Of a stretch of 64,000 nt of DNA, positions 55,330 through 64,000 are shown piece after piece (position 1 is the stretch's first letter; every line of letters begins with the position of its first letter). A program made the position numbers and the translations under genes. The stretch spans positions 6,262,001-6,326,000 of the forward strand of contig CM022666.1 of the NCBI GenBank assembly GCA_012295275.1. The letters run 5' to 3'. The notes under the pieces were generated by a model. The model searched no databases. It was given only the letters and a program-made list of their open reading frames with translations, and was not told where the DNA came from. The DNA comes from Chrysomallon squamiferum. Taxonomy: Eukaryota; Animalia; Mollusca.

Positions 55330-55875
55330 CCTAATCACCATAATCGACTTTCTGCGATAGATTGTCCTTCTGCACACTGACTCACTCATTGCTACTTTGT
55401 TCATCTTCTTTTCTTTATCTCCGTATCCTTCAGCGGATTTTTCCTTTTCTTCTTTTATCTCATTGTCTTTATTTCTGTATCCTTCGACGGTTGCTGGCCA
55501 ACAATCCAAATTATCCAAAACATTAGAGATTTTGTTTCATCTTCATCTATCTGATAATCTCCATGATCCCTGTATCGCTTTCTCTACGTCGCCATTTGAG
55601 CCAGACATTCTGCAGATTGTAATTCTGTGCGCTTCTTACAGCTGCAGTGTAAAAAGATTTATGCAGTATTTATCATATATTTTCAAATTAATACGGAATT
55701 AATTTCCATTAAATGTGGAATAACAGATTACTTTCTTAAGATATCAGTTTTTTCATGTGAAGATTGGATTGCTGAATGTAGCGACGGTTTAACCGAAGTG
55801 CATTCGCCATTCCACTGCAGCAAAATATATCTGATATCGTAAGACAGTGACCAGTTATCTTTTCTATCCTCCAAT
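55330..55875. repeat. ~550-bp element, direct copy 1 (copy 2 at ~58610-59205)
   Basis: Shared blocks include 'ctaatcaccataatcgacttt', 'ttctttatctccgtatccttca', 'gattactttcttaagatatcag' and 'tctgatatc.taagaca...accagttat'. Confidence 0.85.
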
Positions 55876-56519
55876 CTTTAATATTTAATGCATTAACTTT
55901 GATTTTTGTATGCATAAGAATATCATAAAGCGAGTTTTTATATTTACAGTTGCCTAAAAATTCAAATAGCCTAAACAAATAAATAAATAATAGAATAAAA
56001 TAAAACAAAAAAGCATTCGAAATAAATGTCTGTATTTGTGCCTCTGTGTGTGTGTGTGTGTGTTTGTGAGTGTGCGTGAGAAAGACGTAGTGTACGTATG
56101 TGAGTCAACAGCTATTTGTGTCTGTCTGTCTGTGTGCAGTGGTGTCTGTCAGTGAGTGGATGTTCTACCAGCAAAATGTTTCGAAGGAATTCCATATTAT
56201 ACATATAATGTGTACTCTATTTGTTATGATCCATAACTAATATTACCTGCAGTGATGCTTCACAGCAGCATGCTTTTGATTCCTATTGTTTCAAACGCTA
56301 ATATAATAAAATATACATTTATTATAGTAGTTTTAAATATACAACATATATTTATTTTGTCAATTGTTTTTTTTGTATTTAATGATGAAAATGTTTATCA
56401 CTGAATACTTACTGCCAGGCAGGCAAAAAAAAAAAAGACCAAATAAGATATATTTAAATATATAATTAAATCAATAATCGATAATACGATGCCTTTGTGG
56501 CATACATAATCAACTTGCA

Positions 56520-56687
56520 ATCGACAGGTCCAGTGAATACAGTTTTGAGGTTGGCCTAGAAATTTACTTGTCCCTTGCCAGGTGCAGATGCTAAGACCTC
56601 GTCAGATATAGGTTTTACTGGTAAAATGTTACCAGTTTGAAACGTTGACGAATTTGAGAAAGGGATAGAAATATATAGCGGTAAGTG
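56520..56687 (+). pseudogene. GS-I-like fragment F (upstream motif plus 3' half of exon 1 and its donor)
   Basis: 'ttggcctagaaatttacttgtc' at 56551, then 'ggtaaaatgttaccagtttgaaacgttgacgaatttgagaaagggatagaaatatatagcg|gtaagt'. No exon 2 follows. Confidence 0.8.
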
Positions 56688-57046
56688 ATTAAATATTAAT
56701 CGCAGATCTGATGATGGTATATCGACAATCACTAAATGCAGTACAGGGTTTGGCCAATGTATAATTATTATTTTACCAGCATGTAGTTTCTCAGAAGAAA
56801 TGCAGTAGGCAATATTTATCTTAAACCACTAGTATTAAAAATATTAATAGAATGAAAAAAAAAAAAAAAAAAAAGTAAAAATAAATTAATTAATTACAAA
56901 ATATATATATAAAAAAAAAAGATCATCTCTCCCATGTTTTTGCAATCTAAATAACCAGCTTCCTTTTTATTCGCACATTTTCAAAAAATATATCCTAGAA
57001 AACATATATATTTTGTACCTCGATTAATTTATACTATTCATGAAGA

Positions 57047-57134
<88 letters not shown>

Positions 57135-57384
57135 AATAAATTAATTAATAAACTTACTTTGTAGACTGACTTCATGATGATACCAGAATTGCACTGATAA
57201 AAACCGATTAAAAATGGACGATCTTTATTAGATATTATTACTGCGTTAAAATAGAGACAAAAAACATTACCGAGATTAAACCGGCAGTGACGTGGCTTTA
57301 AACACGTGACTGGATAACAGCTGAAAATGGACGAAGGGGGGGAAGCAGGAGTACTTACTTTTATGTTTATTTATTTAGTTAGTT

Positions 57385-57620
57385 CATGGGGGGGGCAATT
57401 ATTTTTTCCATGGGGCCACATAAGAAAAAGAAAATATTGTGGAGGGCCAGGCCAAAGGGCTTAACTCAATTCTGCATCATATTAATTGTATTTCTTTATA
57501 AAAAGCAATAAATAGCATTGTTTTGACAAGCTGGTAAGGCTTGTAAGAGTATCTGTTATGATTAAACAATGAAAATGAGGTTGTCTTACAAAAAAAAAAA
57601 AGGTCATTTATTACAGAAAA
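57385..57620 (+). mobile_element. hAT-type non-autonomous DNA transposon fragment
   Basis: Begins CATGGGGGGGGCAATTATTTTTTCCATGGGGCCACAT..GGAGGGCCAGGCC, resembling CAGGGGTGGGCAA..GGGCC termini of Charlie-group hAT elements. No second terminus or TSD was found. Confidence 0.5.
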
Positions 57621-58283
57621 AAAAAAAAAGTGAGGTAGGAACGAAAACTGAGATAATGTTTAAAATAATGACCTGAAGATTTGTTTTGAGACAGACTGAA
57701 ATATAATAATATCCAGAATGAACAGCTTCACGAGAAAAATATTAGAAAACGATTATCGGTATTATTTTGTCCTATTACCAAAAGTATATTGTAGTTTGTC
57801 TGTCTGTGTTGATGCAGTTTATTAATGGTATATTTTTAAAATGGAATAACTCAAGTTCTGTAGATTCGTCTTTGGCTGGGTATTACAAGAACAAAATACA
57901 AATGTCACCAAGGCAACGTAATTCGGACACAATTTGTTGTAACCATCAGAAAAAAAACAGTATAAAGGGAAGTTGACTGATAAGCCTGGGAACGTCCTCC
58001 CCATCTAATGACATCTAATTTTAATCGTATTTTGCTTGATTATAAATAATGCAAGGAGAGATAAAAATGTATCACTCAAGATGAAATAAGATTCTTAATT
58101 CAGTGAAATAAAATAAATTGAAGCCCATATGTAAACGGGATGTCGATACGGACTCTGCAATGCATTTTTATTTATTTATTTATTTATTTATTTAAAGCAT
58201 ATTGTATTGGGACGTACGATTCGAACCATCTTGACATGCTCTTCGTAAGTCTTGAACCATCCTTAACTAACAGCCAGCAATAT

Positions 58284-58797
58284 GATAAAAGAAGAAAAGA
58301 AAAAATCCGCTGAGAAATAAGGATATAAAGAAATGAAGGTGAAAGAAGAGAAGGAACGATACGCTGAAGGATACGGAGATAAAGAAAAGAAGATGGACGA
58401 AGTAGCAGCGAGTGGGTCAGTGTACAGAAGGACAATCTGTCTTCTTTTATCTAATTATTTAAATCATTACGTTAACATAACTTTTGTGAATAAAATAGAA
58501 CAAAAAAAAAAGAAGAAAAGAAACAAAAAAAACAACATAAGAAAGCTTTTTCTTTTTTGTCTGATGTGCATACTGTTATTATACATACATACATACATAT
58601 ATATAAACTGCTAATCACCATAATCGACTTTCCGCAATAGATTGTCCTTCTGTACACTGACCAACCCACTCACTGCTACTTCATTCATCTTCTTTTCTTT
58701 ATCTCCGTATCCTTCACCGTATCGTTCCTTCTCTTCTTTCACCTTCATTTCTTTATATCCTTATTTCTCAGCGGATTTTTTCTTTTCTTCATTTATC
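58284..58797. repeat. Long inverted repeat (arms ~58284-58438 and ~58639-58797, ~200-bp spacer)
   Basis: The left arm is the near-exact reverse complement of the right arm, for example 'gtcagtgtacagaaggacaatct' and 'agattgtccttctgtacactgac'. Confidence 0.88.
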
Positions 58798-60375
58798 TTG
58801 TCTTTATTTCTGTATCCCTCGACAGCTGTTTGCCAACAAAACAAAATATCATCGTCAGAGATTCGTCCTCATCTTCGTGTATCTGATACGCTCCATGATT
58901 CCTGTATTCACATTTTCTAGCTGGCCGTTTGAATTACATATTCTGCAGATTGTAATCTGTGCGTTTCTTACAACTGCAATATAAAAGGATGTATGCAGTA
59001 TATATCATACCTTTTCAAATGAACGTGGGATTATTTTCTATTAAATATGGAATGACTGATTACTTTCTTAAGATATCAGCTTTATCATGGGAGGATAAGA
59101 ATGTCAAATGTAGCGAGTGTTTGCCGAACTCCATCGCCATTTCTCTTGATCAGGATAAATCTGATATCTTAAGACAATAACCAGTTATTTCTTTTATCCT
59201 GCAATCCTAACTAATTAGAGAGGTTTAGCTTAGACGTAATCTGTTCACGTACCTGACTGCATACGGACCTAGGGTACGGGTCATGTACGTAACTCAGTTT
59301 CAGTTTAGCTTCCTCGTAAAAGACAAAGTTTGTATCGAAATAGCTCAAGGAGGGAAAGTAACTATAGCTCTAGATCTCATAAAAAGCTTTATTTCGATAT
59401 ATAATATATGTATATTTGGTTTGAACATGTACAAGATATTCAATGTTTATGTTGCCAAATGACTGGAATCAATCACTGGTTATTCGCAGATTTTGAAAGA
59501 AAAATACAGTCAAATTCAGATAAAAATTCTTAATTTTTTTCTTATCAAAGCTGTCAAAAATAGATACCTTGGAAACATTTTAACCTGTTTTTATAGCTCT
59601 TTCTGATGATGTATAATTTTACTGGAAAATTTTGTCACGTATCAATCATTTGTTATTTACTTCTCTTGCAATAGTATAGCAGACTCAGAACTGATGACTT
59701 GGCCAATATTTTCATTTGCGAACAAATAAACGTATCGTCTATTTCTCAGCAAGAAGCAAAACAACATCTTAACGCAAGATAAGGATCAACCACGTTAATT
59801 TAATACTTTTCAAGCATATTTTAGTTTGAATTTAGTAATCGAAATCTCGTTCAGCCAGTGATACAACTGTATGTAAGTCCAACCACGGCTTTTATGGAGA
59901 GAAGGTGGTCTGTCTTTGGCGATCATTTATGTGAAAACCGTGGAAGAAAATGCCATTTAAGCACCACTAATCTGTGCAAAGATCATTAAGGAAAATCATG
60001 AAAATAACTCACGTATTACAAGCTTTCAAAAAATTGCTATAACGATACGAAAAAGCACACGTATAAGTGCTTCACTGTACGTAAGCATGCGTGTACAGGC
60101 TTGTCCCACATCGAGGAAATCTCGCGAGATAAGACGAAATGGATTCGCCTCGAGTTCGGCACATGAAAGTTACGTCTACACCAAACCTCTACTCTAAACC
60201 AAAACTTGATTAAATTTTAGTTTTATTAACCAGCTCGCCGCTTTTGAAATGATCACAGACCCACACACATCCATACACAGTCAAATGAACACCGACACAC
60301 ATACATATACACATAAAAAACACACATACATTCACACGTTGAATAGCCTTTCACGTTTTATCTTTTATAAACTGT

Positions 60376-60467
<92 letters not shown>

Positions 60468-61735
60468 TCCCTCTCTCTCTCTCTCTCTCTTAATATATTT
60501 ATTATTTCATTTAATGGCTTATAATCTATATTATCAAATAAGATTATAAATATTTTTTAATAATCAAGAAAAAATCATTTTAATAATATGCAGTGAACGA
60601 TTCCTAAGATGAGGACAGAGCAGGGTTCTATTTATATTTTTCCAGCTTGAACTGATTTAGGACGAGTGAAAAAGTATCTTTGAATCAGATGTATAATGTA
60701 TTTAAATGGTTTGGTTCATGTCACTGAAGCGAGAAAATGATCGCCACCATGATCATAAAAGCGTGACTGGATGATAGCTGAAAATGAATGAAGGGTGGAA
60801 TAGAATATAATTTTATTTTAAAAAATAATGATAAAAAATATACTCGATTACTTTTTTCTGGTGTCTTTTTTCAATACAGGATTCACGGACTCTTTGATAT
60901 TGAGCTTTGACGCCTTCTGGGTTATCCACCGGTGAAAATGATACAAAATATATTCTTAATATCGTTTAATAATTTTTTGCTCAAAATAATAAAAATATTA
61001 CTGTGAAAAAGTAATAATAAAAATATAGATAAGGTACTAATGTACATACGTACAGACATACATACATACATACATACATACATACATAACGTTTTGAAAA
61101 ATTATTACCAACATAAAGGCATGTAAAACGAATGATATCACGATTTAATTTAGAAAATAATTTAATAAAAACAACGAAAAATATAATAAAGTAAAAAGTT
61201 GAAATTCTTTTGCACATCCAAGCACAGCTTAGAGAGAGAATAGATACTCAGTAGATTGTGCACACTTGCGACTATAAGAAAACACGGGGCGATGGCATAA
61301 ACTTCCGAATTCCGACTATATAATTCTTAGAGCTCGTATCATAGAACAGTTTATCCTAAGAGCCCTAACCTTATCAGTTAATTGAATTGGCACGCTTACA
61401 AAGAAAAATGTTTGAGAAAAACTGGATTAGACAAAAAAAAATTAGCCCATCAAAATTGGCATCTATACTAAGCTGTATGTCTGCTAATGTATTTAAAACA
61501 TCGGGCTATACAACTCAGCGATTAAACCACCAGTCTGAGACAAGACAGGACGATCTGAACCAAGTCCTTTCGACCACCGAGCAGTTATACAGCCAGTGGT
61601 GTGTCCTATTATAACAATAATGTAAAACAGACTCCATTCAACTTTTACATTACAGTAGCATATACAACACACACGATGTTTTACAATTTCTCATTCGCAT
61701 TATTATTATTACTACTACTAATACTAATACTACTA

Positions 61736-61814
<79 letters not shown>

Positions 61815-62110
61815 CAACTATATGCTCTTAAGTACACGATAGTTAGTAGTGGGGAAATGAATATATTTTAAACTATTTAGGCTACAGTTATACATCTAAG
61901 ACGTATAATTAGTGAAAACATTGCTAGCTTAAAACTTTTCACAAAGATGTATGTTCTCACGCGATTCTATTCTGATAATTCCTTAAGGTACCTTTGGCAA
62001 TATGAAATAAATTGTCTAATAAAAATCTTCACACATCTAAGTTGTTGTTCGTCATTGCCTACATAGAGGACTAATGATAAATATATATATATATATACTC
62101 TTCTTCTTAT

Positions 62111-62211
62111 CTGAAAACGGAAATGCAAATTAAATCTTTACGAGAAGAAACGGCGCCGCACGATGACCATGAAAGACTGTTTGTGTTTTGGAGAGAAAAA
62201 TGTATAAATAA
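62111..62211 (+). pseudogene. GS-I-like fragment G (last ~30 codons)
   Basis: Reads LKTEMQIKSLREETAPHDDHERL..ERKMYK*, matching the C-terminus of copies B, C and E. Confidence 0.85.
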
Positions 62212-63615
62212 AGTTGGAAAATCCTGATCATTTTAGTATATAAATATACATTCTCTTGCTACAAAGAACAGAATCTTAACATAGGTTCTGCTGAAGTAAA
62301 TTAGGCGATTTACTAATGCTTTAGTATCTTTATTTGTTCGTATTGCTTTTATTATTATTACTATTTTCTTTTTTCTAACGAAAAAACAGTCAAATTTTGC
62401 GATCTATCGAGGAACTCTTATTCTTATGTATTAAACTAACTAAAGGAACAGAAATTGTAAATTAGTTAGCCTTTAAAAGGAAATATCAGAATTCGAATTC
62501 AGTCTGATCATAGTTATCTCCTCTTTAATTTCCAACCATTTAATAATTATGCAAAAAGCAGAATTCACCTCCTTTAAGTTACATCCATCGAAAGGAACGA
62601 AAACACTTATAAATACACAAACAGAAACAAGTCTTCTCGAACTGCGGCGCCCTCTTCGGAAAACAATAACAGTTTTCTCCCTTGGACACTATAACTCTTG
62701 TAGTTAGGAGAGCGAATAATTATTTTATTGAGGTGTGCACATATGGCAGGAATATTTTTGATCTTCGTTTAGATTTAGATGTATTTGATTTGTCTCCGGC
62801 TTTCGTTTCAAAACAGAACAATTTAGTTGTTCGTTTTTAAAAAGAGCACAGTTTGTGTAAGTAAATCTTTTACGATATAAACCAGCAATTAATAATGAAC
62901 TTTTAACAATTACATAACATGCAAATAACAAGTAATTTATCGAAATAAATATAGTTCCGTCCAAAAAACCCATAGTTTAGGTCAACATCCCGAAATACAA
63001 AAAAATTATATAGTCATATCTTGCTATTACTTCAGTGACTGCAGGATCAATAATTGTATTTGTCACTTAGTCAATAAGAAAGGATTATGTTGAAAACAGC
63101 ACAAGTTATTTATCAAACTAAAGAAGAAGAAGCAGAAAACTAAGGTCTAAAATGGTTATGTCCTTGACCTAGAAATGAATCTGTACTATTAGATACAGCC
63201 AGTGGCTGTTTTCAGCGGTAACCAGTTTTACTATAGTATGTCACTAGAGTGCATGCATTCACAATATAAGTCAGTGACCTCTAGAAACCTTCTTTTTTTC
63301 ACACGTTTTACACTTTAGTTAGAAGTGGGGAAATGAATATATTTTAAACTATTTAGGCTACAGTTATACATCTAAGACGTATCATTAGTGAAAACATTGC
63401 TAGCTTAAAACTTTTCACAAAGATGTATGTTCTCACGCGATTCTATTCTGATAATTCATTAAGGTAACTTTGGCAGTATGAAATAAATTGTCTAATAGAA
63501 ATCTTCACACATCTAAGTTATTGTTCGTAATTGCCTGCATAGCGGACTAATGATAAATATATATTTCTTTCTCGGCCAAACAGCAGGCACCATCAAACAC
63601 CACACTCTTCTTATC

Positions 63616-63714
63616 TGAAAACGGAAATGGAAATAAAATCTTTACGAGGAGAAAACGCCCCGCTGATGTTGATGAAAGACTGGGTCTTTTTTGGAGAGAA
63701 AAATGTATAAATAA
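63616..63714 (+). pseudogene. GS-I-like fragment H (last ~30 codons)
   Basis: Reads LKTEMEIKSLRGENAP..ERKMYK*, with indels. Confidence 0.85.
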
Positions 63715-64000
63715 AGTTGGAAAATACTGATCATTTTAGTATATAAATATATGTTCTCTTGCTACAAGGAACAAAATTTTAAAATAGGTTCTGCTGAAAT
63801 AACCTGGGCGATTTGCCAATGCTTTAGTATGTTTATTTGTTCGAATTGCTTTTATTATTATTACTATTTTCTTTTTTCTAACGAAAAACAGTCAGATTTT
63901 GCGATCTATCAAGGAACTCTTATTCTTATGTATTAAACTAACTAAAGGAACAGAAATTGTAAATTAGTTAGCCTTAAGAAGGAAATATCAGAATTCGAAT

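Larger units (their letters stand above)
61841..64000 (+). repeat. ~1.48-kb tandem duplication (units start ~61841 and ~63317; the second runs off the window)
   Basis: Both units begin 'agttag.agtggggaaatgaatatattttaaactatttaggctacagttatacatctaagacgt' and stay collinear. Each contains a GS-like C-terminal remnant and array spacer sequence. Confidence 0.9.

Noticed and set aside
58209-58278. tRNA gene on the minus strand (A-box-like TAGTTAAGGATGG, B-box GGTTCGAATC)
   Set aside because: Acceptor, anticodon and T stems do not pair convincingly. At most a decayed tRNA-derived SINE head.
59200-61800. Coding gene or autonomous transposon in the CpG-richer stretch
   Set aside because: No long ORF or recognisable transposase/RT motif. 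It may be decayed repeat DNA but this cannot be supported from the sequence alone.

Overview
This is AT-rich, microsatellite-dense eukaryotic (invertebrate animal, probably molluscan) DNA with spliced genes, so the ORF track shows only exon fragments. All gene models were built by hand from splice sites and reading phase. The window contains: (1) a complete 19-exon Shark/HTK16-type SH2-ankyrin-SH2 tyrosine kinase on the minus strand (813 aa); (2) RNF7/RBX2 head-to-head with it (105 aa, absent from the ORF track); (3) two tandem phospholipid scramblase (PLSCR-family) paralogues on the minus strand, one with an (MQPG)8 N-terminus and one with a GC-AG intron and a +1 frameshift; (4) a birth-and-death tandem array of two-exon glutamine-synthetase-I-like (lengsin-like) genes, with three intact 441-aa copies, two pseudogenes and three fragments. 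The most notable signals are in the array. The proteins keep the metal, ATP and glutamate ligands of GS but lack the ammonium-handling residues, and they differ among copies at the substrate flap, which suggests diversifying gamma-glutamyl-amine ligases. The duplicated unit also carries a copy of the neighbouring scramblase's putative promoter and first exon, and the copies are sequence mosaics. No prokaryotic features, rRNA, CRISPR arrays or convincing tRNA genes were seen.
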